In this document: positions 1-10,234 of the stretch, one piece after another | Layout: each line of letters begins with the position of its first letter | Numbering within the stretch: position 1 is the first letter of the stretch | DNA from: a virus | Taxonomy: Duplodnaviria > Caudoviricetes | Reading direction: 5' to 3' (one strand) | DNA: 42,570 nt | IMG/VR virus record: IMGVR_UViG_3300032233_002213 | Coordinates: 1 to 42,570 of that record | The notes under the pieces: model-generated | What the model saw: the letters and a program-made list of their open reading frames with translations, nothing else | The model's database searches: none | What the model was told of the DNA's origin: nothing | Program-made: the position numbers and the translations under genes

Positions 1-148
1 AGCCCAGATTTTCCGTTGATACAATCGAACTATCCAGTTGGACCCCAGTCGTGGCAAGGGTTCTCAACTGGCGGCACCGCTGCAACTCCTTCCGTACGAG
101 TCCAATATGCTGGTTGCGGTCCATCTGGACTTTTTTTCCAACGGGGAC

Positions 149-817
149 ATGCCGGAAAGCGTCATCACAATCTCAGAAGCCTTGAAAATACTGGGCTGCT
201 CAAAGAGCCAGCTCTACCCGTTGTTGGACTCTGGCCACGTCCCGACCGTTGAGCGTGGCGGCAAGCGCTGCGTCGTTCGCGAGGGGCTGGAGATCTCCTG
301 GAACAATCGCCCGCGGCGGCGGATCATGCAGCCCCGGAAGCCGAAGCCCGGGGCACCCGGGGCACCGGCGCCTCAGCCCGCGCCACCATCCCCAAGCCAG
401 CTCCCTGCTGAACCCCGCAAGGCGCGACGGGCAACACGCACAAGCGCCACGCCGCCGGCAGCTAGCGATGGCGACCCATCGATCCTTGGCGGCTACGGGT
501 TCCCTGAGATCCCCAGGCCTGGCACCGTGCCAAACCTGGAGGAGCAGAAAGCGTGGACAGAATTTAATAAAAGATACAAGACGCATTTGGAGTTATTCAA
601 AGATGCTAAACTCTTAGTCTTTAAAGAAGACTATGACAAAGCCCAGAACGCAGTCATTCAAGAAATAATCAGGCAGGGAGATATCCTGCCGCGAATCATT
701 CAGCAACGCATTCCGAAGCTGACCGTAGAAGACATGGAAGAAATAGAGGACATCGTGAGGGAAATGTTCTCCGTAGTCTCCGATGCAGAGTACGAACAGC
801 TGGATGAGAACGAATAA
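149..817 (+). CDS. terS: Terminase small subunit (Nu1-like, N-terminal winged HTH)
   Basis: ATG at 149 in frame with ORF 38..817. N-terminus ITISEALKILGCSKSQLYPLLDSG is HTH/excisionase-like, followed by a Pro-rich linker and a helical C-terminus. Stop overlaps the terL start (TAATG) and the gene lies next to the putative cos. Confidence 0.75.
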   Translation: MPESVITISEALKILGCSKSQLYPLLDSGHVPTVERGGKRCVVREGLEISWNNRPRRRIMQPRKPKPGAPGAPAPQPAPPSPSQLPAEPRKARRATRTSATPPAASDGDPSILGGYGFPEIPRPGTVPNLEEQKAWTEFNKRYKTHLELFKDAKLLVFKEDYDKAQNAVIQEIIRQGDILPRIIQQRIPKLTVEDMEEIEDIVREMFSVVSDAEYEQLDENE

Positions 818-2808
818 TGATTAATAGAAACGTAAGACAGTTTGCCAAACAAAAGGCAGCGCTATGCAGACCAAAGCCCAAGCTAACCGGTCTTCAATAT
901 AGCAATCAATACAGCTACCTCACCGGCCTACCTGGCGGGGCTCGTGCCAAATGGCACACGCGGCCATATCAAGAACCATGGATGAATTGGTTCACCTACT
1001 CATGGGCGGAGACATCTTGGAATATGAAATCTGCCAGGGTAGGATATTCCGCCGCATTCAAAACTGGATTCGTCCAATACTACTGTCATTGGAAACCATC
1101 GTCAATCGGAATCTACCATCCAACCGGAGACGACAGAGACAGGTATGTGAAGAAGGAAATCAATACGCATTTTGATGAAAATTCAGGAGCGCCATGTCTT
1201 AAGGGGCTGCTGTCTAACAGCAAATCGAAAACATCTGTAGGTGAGAATACTGTTGATCTGAAGATTCTAAGCAACGGCACGACGCTGTTTAACTTGAATG
1301 CTGGTGTGCCCAGGGAGATGCGAGCCATCACCTTGAATAGGGTTGGCATTGAAGAGCCAAGCGCCTACCACTCGCTTGTTGAAGGTGACACGATTGCGCT
1401 TATTCTCAAGCGCATGTCAACCGTACCAGATCCCAAGTGCATGGCGGGAGGTACGCCAGTCTTCCCAAATGACTACACACATCAAGGTTTTCTTAAGGGT
1501 GATCAGCAATATAGATATTATCCGTGTCCGCACTGCAACGAATACCAGCAGCTCAGGTGGGAGCAGTTCATAAAGGAAGGGCTGGACGCTGGAAAGATGC
1601 AATGTGCGTACTGCCACGAACTAATTGAAAATGAGAGTCTGCGATGGATGGACAAGCGAGCGGGTCAGGCCTGCCCGATAGGTCTCGACCGCTCGCAGCA
1701 GGTTCTCAAGAACGGTTATCCGGTGTGGCTGTCCTCTCATGTCTGGGCTGCCATGGGTTACGACCGTGGCGCCAAATGGACGGAAATCATTGCAGAATAT
1801 AAAACTGCTTTGGAGCAGATGCGCATGGGAAATCCCGATCCCATGCAGACGTTTCACAATACTGTTCTAGGGATTCCCTGGGAGGATTCAATAACAAGCA
1901 AGCTCACGTCCGAGGGCTTGCTGAAGCGCCGAAACGATGAAGCCACCGGCAACGCCTACCCTCCAGCAGACGCAACGTGGGACGTTCCCAATGGCGTCGT
2001 GCTGATCTGCTACGGCGTTGACACCCAGGGCGGCGACGGTTCAGCAAATGAAGGATTCCAGATTCACGTCTGGGGATTCGGGCTGGGAGAGGAGATGTGG
2101 CATATAGCCGAGCAATGGATTGATGGCGATCCAACCAAAGAGTCCACCTTGAGCGAGTTGGACGCCTACGCCTCCGTGGCCTGGCGGCGGGAGGACGGGG
2201 CGGAGTTGACCATGGCGCTGGGAGCGATTGACGAGGGCGGCCATGCGACGGAGCAGATTCGTAGGTGGTGTTCTACTCGTGTTGGGCGATGGGTTCCAGT
2301 GAAGGGCCGGCGCCCGCCTGGCAACCCCAACCCGGCCAATCTGCCGCCACTGCTGGGGAAAGGAACACCCGTGAACTTCACCGCAAAAAATAAGGCGGCT
2401 GCAAAAGCGGGGAAGGATTTGCTCGTGTACATGGTTGGCTATGAGCAATCTGTGAACGACTGGCAGAATCGCCTACGCATCGAGACCCCAGGTCCTGGTT
2501 ATGTGCATTTCGGCCAGGCCGCCACCGAGGTAATCCTGCAGGAGATGTTCCCTTGGAAGCGGCTGCCAGGAAAGACCCGGGCGGCGGATGGCGGCAGGGT
2601 CTACTCATGGGTGAAGCCGCGCGGTGCCAGGGATGAAGCGGGCGACTGTGCCAGGTACGCCCGCGCCGCGATGCTGTTGGTTCGACGCCGGTACAGCCAG
2701 CCTCAGCGGATGTGGGATGACTTCCAGCGGCGGGCCCTGGCCAGTATCGGGAGATCGGGGCCAGCAAGCGGCGGCGGCGGCATTCTCTCTAGCCTCACCT
2801 TCGGCTAG
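817..2808 (+). CDS. terL: Terminase large subunit, lambda GpA family
   Basis: Walker A KSARVGYS as in lambda gpA; CPHC...CAYC zinc motif; FHNTVLGIPW; nuclease motifs GVDTQ, AIDEGG and DEAGDCARYA. Confidence 0.95.
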   Translation: MINRNVRQFAKQKAALCRPKPKLTGLQYSNQYSYLTGLPGGARAKWHTRPYQEPWMNWFTYSWAETSWNMKSARVGYSAAFKTGFVQYYCHWKPSSIGIYHPTGDDRDRYVKKEINTHFDENSGAPCLKGLLSNSKSKTSVGENTVDLKILSNGTTLFNLNAGVPREMRAITLNRVGIEEPSAYHSLVEGDTIALILKRMSTVPDPKCMAGGTPVFPNDYTHQGFLKGDQQYRYYPCPHCNEYQQLRWEQFIKEGLDAGKMQCAYCHELIENESLRWMDKRAGQACPIGLDRSQQVLKNGYPVWLSSHVWAAMGYDRGAKWTEIIAEYKTALEQMRMGNPDPMQTFHNTVLGIPWEDSITSKLTSEGLLKRRNDEATGNAYPPADATWDVPNGVVLICYGVDTQGGDGSANEGFQIHVWGFGLGEEMWHIAEQWIDGDPTKESTLSELDAYASVAWRREDGAELTMALGAIDEGGHATEQIRRWCSTRVGRWVPVKGRRPPGNPNPANLPPLLGKGTPVNFTAKNKAAAKAGKDLLVYMVGYEQSVNDWQNRLRIETPGPGYVHFGQAATEVILQEMFPWKRLPGKTRAADGGRVYSWVKPRGARDEAGDCARYARAAMLLVRRRYSQPQRMWDDFQRRALASIGRSGPASGGGGILSSLTFG

Positions 2809-2817
2809 AATCGCACC

Positions 2818-3054
2818 ATGCAAACCCTGGCACAGCTACAGGCGCGGCGCACGGCCTATCTGGCGACAGAGACTGCCATCCTCACCGGCGGCCAGGAGTA
2901 TGGAATGTCCGCTGGCCCCGATGGCCGCAACATGAAACGCGCCAGTCTGACGGAAATTCGCGCCGCCATCACCCAGCTCGATGCTGAGATTGCCAGGGCG
3001 GAGGCCCGCTCCACCGGGCGGGCGCGGTCCTTATCCCCGTCACCGCTGTTCTGA
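2818..3054 (+). CDS. gpW-like head-tail adaptor
   Basis: 78 aa helix-hairpin-helix pattern (AYLATETAILTGGQEY...RASLTEIRAAITQL) located between terL and portal. Confidence 0.75.
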   Translation: MQTLAQLQARRTAYLATETAILTGGQEYGMSAGPDGRNMKRASLTEIRAAITQLDAEIARAEARSTGRARSLSPSPLF

Positions 3055-4682
3055 TGGGCAAGAAGCGGCGGCGGCAACTGGAGACAATGGCGGCGGCGGC
3101 CACGCCCCAGCCTGAAGCCTCCATCGGTGGCGGATGGGGTGGCGGCTCGCGGCTGGCCTCGATGCCGGCGTTTGCCGCATGGGCCCCTGGCGTGCGCGAT
3201 CCCGATGGGGATGATTCGTTTGAACTACAGGCACAGCGCGGCTACTCTCGCGATCTGTACCGCACATCCCCGGTTGCCGGCTCTGGCATTGATCAGCTGG
3301 TCGCCTACAGGGTGGGCACCGGACTGCGCTGCCAGCCACGGATCACAGAGGAGTGGCTGGGGGTTACCAGTGAGCAGGCAGAGGAATGGCAAGAGCAACA
3401 GAAAAAGAGGTTTCATATGTGGGCCAGCGATACACGGGCAAGCGTCGAAGGTGATCAGAATTTTTATGAACTACAGGAATTGATCGCACGTTCTGAGGTT
3501 CTCAGTGGAGATGTGTTCACAATTCTCACAGAAAAAGAAAGGCCAGGTTGGCCCTTCAAGCTTGCTCTACAAGTTATCGAAGCTGATAGGGTTTGCAACA
3601 AAAATAATGGCGCAAACACCGCTGAGATTTTTGAAGGCGTGTGTCGTGCCGTGGATGGGGAGATCGTTTCAATTTTTGTGGCGAATCACCACCCCGGCGC
3701 AATGCTGGCGGGGATAACTAACAGGGAATGGAGAGAGATTAAAGTCTACACGTCTACTGGTAGGCGCAACATCCTGCACAGGAAGAAGATGGTCCGGCCT
3801 GGTCAGACGCGGGCCTTGCCCCATCTGACAAAGATTCTCGGATCCACAAAGCAGTTACAACGTTATACAGAGGCCGAGATTGAGGCAGCGGTCAACTCTG
3901 CGGCGCTGGCGGTGTTTGCGCAGATGGACGCTCAGAGCTTCCAGGATTTGTTTAATACAGACGAACAGCAGCAATACATAAAGATCGGCCTTGAATCAAG
4001 GCAACAAGTAACAGCCTGGCAATCGGGCCAAGTAATCAACACCATGCCAGGCGAGACGATTACATCTCCGACGCCAGGCCGCCCTAATCCAAATTTTGAC
4101 GCCTTTGTTCAGCCTTTCTTTACCCTGTTGGGCATGGGTCTCAACCTGCCGCAAGAAGTGCTTACCGGGCTTTTCAAGTCTTCATATACAGCGGCTCGGG
4201 CGGCATTCCAGCAGCTCTGGCAGATGATCTATGTCGATCGCTCGCATGATGTAACCCACACCTGCCAGCCGATCTACCAGGCGTGGATGGATGAGGGCGT
4301 GTCGGCTGGTTGGGTCCAGGCCCCCGGCTACTGGGCGGATCCGTTCATTCGCTATGCCTGGCAGGGTGCCGAGTGGACCGGCAGTGGCCCGGCCAGCCTT
4401 AACCCCCTGCAGGAGGCCGAGGCGGCCATGCTGCGGGCCCAGTTCCTGACGACTGAAGAAACGGAGACCAATGCCTACGATGGTGGCGATCATTCTTCCC
4501 GCCATGCTCAGCGAGCCAGGGAGGCCGCAGCCCGTCGCCGTGATGGCCTGCCGCCCCTCGGCGCGAAAGGCGGTGCTCCAGCCCCGGGCCAGGGCCAGGC
4601 CCTGCCCGACAGCCAGCCGGCACCACCTCCAGATGAGGAGGATGGGGCCGATGATGACACCACGAACCCCCTGAACCAATGA
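3054..4682 (+). CDS. Portal protein, lambda family
   Basis: SRDLYRTSP, LQVIEADR, RPGQTRA, SSYTAARAA and LNPLQEAEA motifs; size and position fit. Confidence 0.93.
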   Translation: MGKKRRRQLETMAAAATPQPEASIGGGWGGGSRLASMPAFAAWAPGVRDPDGDDSFELQAQRGYSRDLYRTSPVAGSGIDQLVAYRVGTGLRCQPRITEEWLGVTSEQAEEWQEQQKKRFHMWASDTRASVEGDQNFYELQELIARSEVLSGDVFTILTEKERPGWPFKLALQVIEADRVCNKNNGANTAEIFEGVCRAVDGEIVSIFVANHHPGAMLAGITNREWREIKVYTSTGRRNILHRKKMVRPGQTRALPHLTKILGSTKQLQRYTEAEIEAAVNSAALAVFAQMDAQSFQDLFNTDEQQQYIKIGLESRQQVTAWQSGQVINTMPGETITSPTPGRPNPNFDAFVQPFFTLLGMGLNLPQEVLTGLFKSSYTAARAAFQQLWQMIYVDRSHDVTHTCQPIYQAWMDEGVSAGWVQAPGYWADPFIRYAWQGAEWTGSGPASLNPLQEAEAAMLRAQFLTTEETETNAYDGGDHSSRHAQRAREAAARRRDGLPPLGAKGGAPAPGQGQALPDSQPAPPPDEEDGADDDTTNPLNQ

Positions 4683-6133
4683 GCGTTCTCGATATCCTGT
4701 CGGCGCCCTGGGCGATCATGCCCGAGAGCATGGAGCAGATCAGGGCGATCTATGACGCGCACCTGCGGGGCGAGGGTGTCAACCTGCAGGAGCTGGAGGC
4801 GCGGCGCGGCGGACCACTGCCCGGCCCTGTCCAGGGCTATGAGGTGCGCGATGGGGTGGCCGTGATTCCCGTGCGCGGCGTGATGGCGCAGCGCATGAAC
4901 CTCATGACGGATGTGAGCGGCGGCACGTCGTCGGAACTGCTGGCGCGGGATGTGAAGGCGGCCACCGCAGACCCCAAGGCGAAGGGAATCATCCTCACCA
5001 TGGACACCCCCGGCGGCGCGGTTGCCGGCACCCAGTTGGCAGCTCAGGCGGTGATGGCGGCCCGCGATGTGAAACCCGTGGTGACACTGGTGGAGGGCCT
5101 GATGGCGTCCGCTGGTGTGTGGGTTGGCACTGGTGCCAGCAAGGTCTACCTCAGCTCAGCAGTTGATCAAGTCGGCTCGATCGGCGTCGTGATTGAGCAC
5201 ATCGACAGATCAAAACAGTTTGATGCTGTAGGTATCAAAAAGACCGAAGTCTTTGCCGGCAGGTTTAAGCGTATTGCGTCTGAGAATGGTCCGCTTACGG
5301 AGAGTGGAAAGGCGACACTTCAAGACACGGTTGACGAAATCTATAGCATCTTTGTGAACGATGTAGCCAACCAACGTGGCGTGAGCGTCGAAAGAGTGCT
5401 CTCTGATATGGCCGACGGCCGGATGTTCATCGGTCAGCGGGCGATCGACGCTGGTCTTGCTGATGGATTCGCCAGCCTGGATGAGTTGATCAGCGAGGTG
5501 AAGGATCAAGTCAAATGGCGCTCTATACCATCTGGCGGGTCGCGTGCCAAAATGTCATCACCTGTAGTCGCAACCGGCCCACCGGCGGCGGCTCACTTGT
5601 CCCCTGTCCGATCTCCTATGTCAACCCTGCCGGAGCAGGTGGCCCAGTGGGCCATCGATAACCCGGACGGCGCCAATGCTCTCAGAGCCCAGGGCGCCGC
5701 CGATGAACGGGCGCGGCTTACGCCCGAACATGAAACCGCCCTGGCCAAGGCACGCCAGGATGGCGCCGCCGCAGAGCGAGACCGCATTGCTGGCGTTCGT
5801 GCGGCTGGCCTCCCAGGCCACGATGCCCTGATCGAACGCTTGGCGGCCGACGGTCACACGAGCCCAGGTGAAGCAGCCCTCGCCGTCAACTCGGCTGAGC
5901 GGGAGCTTCGCCAGGCCGCTGCCACTGCTCGCGGCATGGAGGCCCCGACTCCCGTGTCCTATGCCTCGGCGGCGGATGAGGGGCTGGAGCGTCCCGGCAG
6001 TGGCGCGGTCACATCCTTCATCACCTCCAACGGTGATGAGGAGGCGATCGACAAAGCCGCCCGTGCGCATCAGGCTACAAACCCAGGCGTCTCCTATCTG
6101 GATGCCCTGGCCAATGTTACCCGGAGGATTTGA
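4679..6133 (+). CDS. S49 (SppA-like) prohead protease with C-terminal scaffold (lambda gpC/Nu3-like)
   Basis: MDTPGG, MASAGVW, VGSIGV, VFAGRFK and AIDAGLAD S49 motifs. The Ala/Glu/Arg-rich C-terminus (AERDRI) is scaffold-like. Confidence 0.9.
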   Translation: MSVLDILSAPWAIMPESMEQIRAIYDAHLRGEGVNLQELEARRGGPLPGPVQGYEVRDGVAVIPVRGVMAQRMNLMTDVSGGTSSELLARDVKAATADPKAKGIILTMDTPGGAVAGTQLAAQAVMAARDVKPVVTLVEGLMASAGVWVGTGASKVYLSSAVDQVGSIGVVIEHIDRSKQFDAVGIKKTEVFAGRFKRIASENGPLTESGKATLQDTVDEIYSIFVNDVANQRGVSVERVLSDMADGRMFIGQRAIDAGLADGFASLDELISEVKDQVKWRSIPSGGSRAKMSSPVVATGPPAAAHLSPVRSPMSTLPEQVAQWAIDNPDGANALRAQGAADERARLTPEHETALAKARQDGAAAERDRIAGVRAAGLPGHDALIERLAADGHTSPGEAALAVNSAERELRQAAATARGMEAPTPVSYASAADEGLERPGSGAVTSFITSNGDEEAIDKAARAHQATNPGVSYLDALANVTRRI

Positions 6134-6471
6134 ACATGGCCGCTGGATCTACTACCCTGTTCGCCAAGACCATTACGGCGACCGCCACTATCACCGGTGG
6201 CCGCGGGATCACCCTTGCTGGCGCCGTGCCAGCCGCTGGCGCTGCTGGCTACATCGCTGAATTCAGCGGGGTGACTGGCGACCAAATCACAGCCAACCTG
6301 CTGGGAAGCACCGTCGCGGTGTCCGGCGCCGCCTTTGCCGCTGATGCGCTCCTGGAATTCAACGCCTCTGGCAAGTTGATCACCAGAACGACAGGAGTAT
6401 CGGTGGCCCGCAGTTTGGCGGCCGCTACTGCTGCGGATCAGCAGACTGAAGTCCTCATTCTCCCCAACTGA
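6130..6471 (+). CDS. Capsid decoration/cement protein (DUF2190-like)
   Basis: 113 aa, Ala/Gly/Thr-rich, ends ARSLAAATAADQQTEVLI; lies between protease and capsid gene. Confidence 0.7.
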   Translation: MNMAAGSTTLFAKTITATATITGGRGITLAGAVPAAGAAGYIAEFSGVTGDQITANLLGSTVAVSGAAFAADALLEFNASGKLITRTTGVSVARSLAAATAADQQTEVLILPN

Positions 6472-6476
6472 AGATC

Positions 6477-7427
6477 ATGCCTTCGCAGTCTCTGGGCCAG
6501 GCCCGTATCATCTCCCCGGTCAACACACAGCTTGCGCTGGGGCTTCAGCAAAACAGTTACGCGGGCCAAGCCTTGTTTCCGCGAATTGGCGTTGACATGC
6601 GAGCTGGAAAAATCATCACTTTCGGTAGGGAGCATTTTATGCAATATGCCGGAATGTTGCGATCCCCTGGCGCCAACACCCCAAGGGTGAGATTTGGCTA
6701 CGCGGGTAGTGATTATGCTCTGCGGGATTACTCGATCGAGGGTGTTCTTCCGATTGAAAACCAGCAAGAGCAGGTCGCTACGTCGAAGGGCTTTACCATC
6801 GACGGCGCACAGATGGCAATGACTGGCGCAATGATGGTTGTCAATAACCGTCTTGAAGTTGCCCAGGCCACCATTGCCACCAACCTCAGCAACTACCCGT
6901 CAGCCAACAAGGTTACCCTGACATCTGGCAGTCAATTTAATGATGCTGCGGTTGATCCTGCGGAAGTCATCCAAGCCGGCCGGAGTGCAGTCAGGGCGGC
7001 CACTGGCAAGTATCCAAATCTTGCCGTCTTCTCGGCAAAGGTGATTGAGGAGACCTTGGAAAATCCCAAGATCCTTGCCAGGTTGAACTACACCGGGGTC
7101 AATGTTGCCGGCATTGACGACCTGAGGCGTATCTTCAGGATTCCGAACATTGTGATCGGTGATGCGATCACTGCGGCTGATGACGAGACCATCTCTGATG
7201 TGTGGGGCAGGGATGTGGTTCTCGCCTACACGGAAACTGCCGGCTTGGCGCAAATGGGCCTCCCGACCTATGGAGTCACCTATCAACTGACTGGCCACCC
7301 ATTTGCTGAGCCCGCCTACTACGGCAACAACGAAAAAACCTGGTACTTTCCAGTCACCACCTGCGAAGCTCCGGTAATCACCAGCAGCAATGCCGGCTAC
7401 CTGATCAAAAACGCGGTTGCCGCCTGA
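6477..7427 (+). CDS. Major capsid protein (gpE-like, HK97 fold)
   Basis: 316 aa; ALFPRI, GRSAVRAATGKYPN, TYGVTYQ and C-terminal AGYLIKNAVA patterns; position fits. Confidence 0.85.
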   Translation: MPSQSLGQARIISPVNTQLALGLQQNSYAGQALFPRIGVDMRAGKIITFGREHFMQYAGMLRSPGANTPRVRFGYAGSDYALRDYSIEGVLPIENQQEQVATSKGFTIDGAQMAMTGAMMVVNNRLEVAQATIATNLSNYPSANKVTLTSGSQFNDAAVDPAEVIQAGRSAVRAATGKYPNLAVFSAKVIEETLENPKILARLNYTGVNVAGIDDLRRIFRIPNIVIGDAITAADDETISDVWGRDVVLAYTETAGLAQMGLPTYGVTYQLTGHPFAEPAYYGNNEKTWYFPVTTCEAPVITSSNAGYLIKNAVAA

Positions 7428-7639
7428 TGTCCTACGTCGTTACCGATCTGAGCCCCGTCAACCACAACGGGGCCAAGTACGAGGAAGGCCAGTCCATCCC
7501 CGACCTCACCCCCAAACAGGCCGCCCCCCTGGTGGCCCTCGGCGTCATCCGGGAGACCACTCCTCCTCCACCGGAAGAGGCCACTCCTCCTCCAGTGGAG
7601 ACCACCCCTCCCCCACCGGCGAAACCCCCCGCCAAATGA
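7427..7639 (+). CDS. Small head-associated protein with Pro-rich repeat tail
   Basis: Coupled to the capsid gene stop; NHNGAKYEEGQSIPDLTPKQAAPLVALGVI followed by three ETTPPP-type repeats. Confidence 0.7.
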   Translation: MSYVVTDLSPVNHNGAKYEEGQSIPDLTPKQAAPLVALGVIRETTPPPPEEATPPPVETTPPPPAKPPAK

Positions 7640-8304
7640 TCGACACAGCCGCCGACGTCTCCGCCATGCTGGCCGACTGGGGGCAACCCCTGACGGTCGG
7701 CGCGGCCTCGGGCGTCGGTGTGCTGAGTCGCAACACACAGATCCTCCTCGATGACCAGCTGGTCTACGAGGGGGATTCAATTCTGAGCACCATGGCCCTC
7801 TGCGGCCAGCTGGGGTATGGCGACACGCTCACCCTCGACGGGGTGGCCTACGTGGTCCAATTCGAGCCATATCGCAGCGCTGATGACATCACCTGCCGCG
7901 TTCCCGTGAGCGGCACCTCTCCGACCGTCGCGGCCACGGCGGAGGATCTGGCGTTTCTGCAGGACTGGGGGCAGCCCATCGCGATCGCTGCGGCTACAGG
8001 GCTGGGGATGCTGTCGATCGAGTCGTCTGTTGTCCTCGATGGCGGCATGATTCACCACGGCCCCAGCCTGCTGGCGGCGGCCACCCTGGCGGCGGCACTG
8101 GGGTATGGCGACACTCTGAGCGTGGGGTCGGACACCTATCGGGTGCAGCATCAGCCCTGGATCTCCCCCGATGGCGTGCTGAGCCGCATCCCCCTCTCTG
8201 GGCCCATCGCATCACCTCCCCCGGCCCCAGTCTTCCAGGCTCTGACTACTACCACCGGGCTGGCGCTGACCACTACCAGCGGGCTGGCGCTCGCGATCAC
8301 CTGA
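7636..8304 (+). CDS. Head-tail joining (gpFII-like) protein with two tandem domains
   Basis: ATG at 7636 (ATGA overlap). Two ~90 aa units each contain DWGQP...LGYGDTL...Y.V...P...R.P.SG. Confidence 0.7.
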   Translation: MIDTAADVSAMLADWGQPLTVGAASGVGVLSRNTQILLDDQLVYEGDSILSTMALCGQLGYGDTLTLDGVAYVVQFEPYRSADDITCRVPVSGTSPTVAATAEDLAFLQDWGQPIAIAAATGLGMLSIESSVVLDGGMIHHGPSLLAAATLAAALGYGDTLSVGSDTYRVQHQPWISPDGVLSRIPLSGPIASPPPAPVFQALTTTTGLALTTTSGLALAIT

Positions 8305-8305
8305 C

Positions 8306-10234
8306 ATGGCTGCCAACCCGGGTTCAATCTCTTCCCAGCCAGCCGCCGCGACGCTGACCGGCGCTGAGCTGTTGCCCCTCGATCAGGACATCGGCTCACC
8401 GGTGGCCGTCACTGCGCTGACGGTGGGCCAGGGTTACCGGATCGTGAGCCTCGGGAACACCAACTGGCAGACCGTCGGCGCTGGGGCGAGTGCCGCGGTC
8501 GGCACCGTGTTCCGCTGCGAGGCGGTGGGCACCGGCACCGGCACCGCCCAACGGGTGGACACCCGACGAGTCACGGCTCAGGCGCTGGCGGCTCTGGCGG
8601 GGGTGGCTGCTGCGATCCTGGCGCACAGCCAGGCCGAGGATCCCCACTCCGTCTACACCACGGCGCAGGAGCTCTCCAGCGCCCTGCAGAACTACCTCAC
8701 TACCTCAGCAGCAGCGCAGGCCTACCAGCCGCTCAGCACGAATCTCGCGAACTTGGCCGCCGTGGCCAACCAGACCGCGTTTGGCCGGGCGTTCCTCGCG
8801 CTGGCCGATCAGGCCGGCGCCCGCGACTATATCGGCCTGGGACCCGACGACACGGCCACCCTCACGGGCCTCACCCTGACCGGGCTGGCCATCCTGCCGC
8901 ACATCCACGGCAACCTGGCGGGTGGTCTCTACGCCCACGTCAAGAACGTCAGCGGCGCGCTGGCAGCCGGCACGCCCCTGCGCGTCACGGGCACCGTGGG
9001 CAACACCACCACACTGGAGGTGGTGGCCGCGAGCGCGTCTTCGGCCGGGACAATGCCGGCACTGTTCGTGCTGTCGGAGCCCCTGGCAAACAACGCCGAG
9101 GGCCATGCGACCCTGCTCGGCGAGATCACGGGGCTCAACACCGCCGGCCTGACGCCTGGGGCGCCGCTGTTCGTTCCGTCTGGCGGAGGCGTGCTGACCG
9201 CCACCCGGCCCGCTGCCAACGCCCAGCAGATGGCGACGGTCGGCCGGGCGCACGCCACCACCGGCAGCGTTCACGTCCTGCCCTGGCCGGTGCTCGGGAC
9301 TGCGGCAGCGGCGGCGACTGCTGACTTCGATCCCGCCGGCGCGGCCTCCGCTGCCATCACAGCCCACCTGTTGGCCGCCAGCCATCACGCCCCCGCCAGC
9401 CTGGCCGCCAGCCTGCAGGCGGTGTTCGGCCTCTCAGGACAGGAGTTGGCGGCGCAATCCCCTGGCGCGGGTCTGACGCGGTTGCACTACTGGAATCCCG
9501 CGACGAGTCGGCTTGAATTCCTGTCACTTGGCACGGGCCTGTCTATCGCCAGTGGGCAGCTTAACGCCGCAGATTTATATAATCTACTTCTACCAAGTGC
9601 GGCAGGCACTTATTTTCAGTATTTATGCTTAAACCCTACAAATTTGGGAACAGGCGCTGCAGGCTCTGTTTCTACCAGTGCTTTGGCCAGCTCGTCCAGT
9701 TTGCCCAATATGGGCCGCCTCGACACTGGTAGCACGACAGCTGGCGCCGCTGCTCTAGTGCATACATCAGGCAGTAACTGGACGGGAACTATCGGCAAAC
9801 TTTCGCTTCAGGCCATAAGGAGCTTTCAAACTACGATATGGTTTGCAACCCCCACTGCATTATCGGGAGGAGCAAACACATACCGGATATTCTTCGGCTG
9901 GCTTGATGCCGCTGTCTATTCCGCGAGGAACAGCATTGGGCTGCTGATCAACGGGTCCGCGCTCACGATCACCTCAACAGTGGCTGGCGTAGAATCATCT
10001 ACTGCTTTGGCCACGGTGGCGGCCAATACCAACTACAAAGTAACACTAATCTACGACGCGCCAACTGCAACCATAAGCGCCAATATAAACGGCGAAGCAT
10101 ACACAACCTTTACCATTCCTTCGACGCCTACGACGCTGGGAATGCTTGGCGTTTTCATTGTCAAGGAAACAGGAACTACAAACATCGCTATGTTCACCTC
10201 TGTGCCACAAATTCACACTTGGCTATCATGTTAA
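8306..10234 (+). CDS. Fibre/appendage protein, putative receptor-binding
   Basis: 642 aa, Ala/Thr/Gly-rich. Fibre-type motifs ISSQPAAATLTGAELLP, AHSQAEDPHSVY and YQPLSTNLANLA; beta-rich C-terminal domain. Confidence 0.75.
   Translation: MAANPGSISSQPAAATLTGAELLPLDQDIGSPVAVTALTVGQGYRIVSLGNTNWQTVGAGASAAVGTVFRCEAVGTGTGTAQRVDTRRVTAQALAALAGVAAAILAHSQAEDPHSVYTTAQELSSALQNYLTTSAAAQAYQPLSTNLANLAAVANQTAFGRAFLALADQAGARDYIGLGPDDTATLTGLTLTGLAILPHIHGNLAGGLYAHVKNVSGALAAGTPLRVTGTVGNTTTLEVVAASASSAGTMPALFVLSEPLANNAEGHATLLGEITGLNTAGLTPGAPLFVPSGGGVLTATRPAANAQQMATVGRAHATTGSVHVLPWPVLGTAAAAATADFDPAGAASAAITAHLLAASHHAPASLAASLQAVFGLSGQELAAQSPGAGLTRLHYWNPATSRLEFLSLGTGLSIASGQLNAADLYNLLLPSAAGTYFQYLCLNPTNLGTGAAGSVSTSALASSSSLPNMGRLDTGSTTAGAAALVHTSGSNWTGTIGKLSLQAIRSFQTTIWFATPTALSGGANTYRIFFGWLDAAVYSARNSIGLLINGSALTITSTVAGVESSTALATVAANTNYKVTLIYDAPTATISANINGEAYTTFTIPSTPTTLGMLGVFIVKETGTTNIAMFTSVPQIHTWLSC

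Noticed and set aside
38-148. Longer TTG start for terS, and the longer starts listed for 7417, 24935, 34158 and 41813
   Set aside because: The extensions run through cos, upstream genes or the repeat array; downstream ATGs give better coupling and domain boundaries.
1339-1370. Asp-to-Glu changes at catalytic motifs (TerL IEE, DUF3987 KEEL, PolX DGE) as a sign of recoding
   Set aside because: Different codons are involved (GAA and GAG), and other motifs (helicase DE, exonuclease PD) are canonical. Long genes read without internal stops in the standard code.
7981-7988. HIP1 octamer GCGATCGC
   Set aside because: Only isolated copies noticed (here and near 31784), compatible with chance at this GC content; enrichment would need a count.
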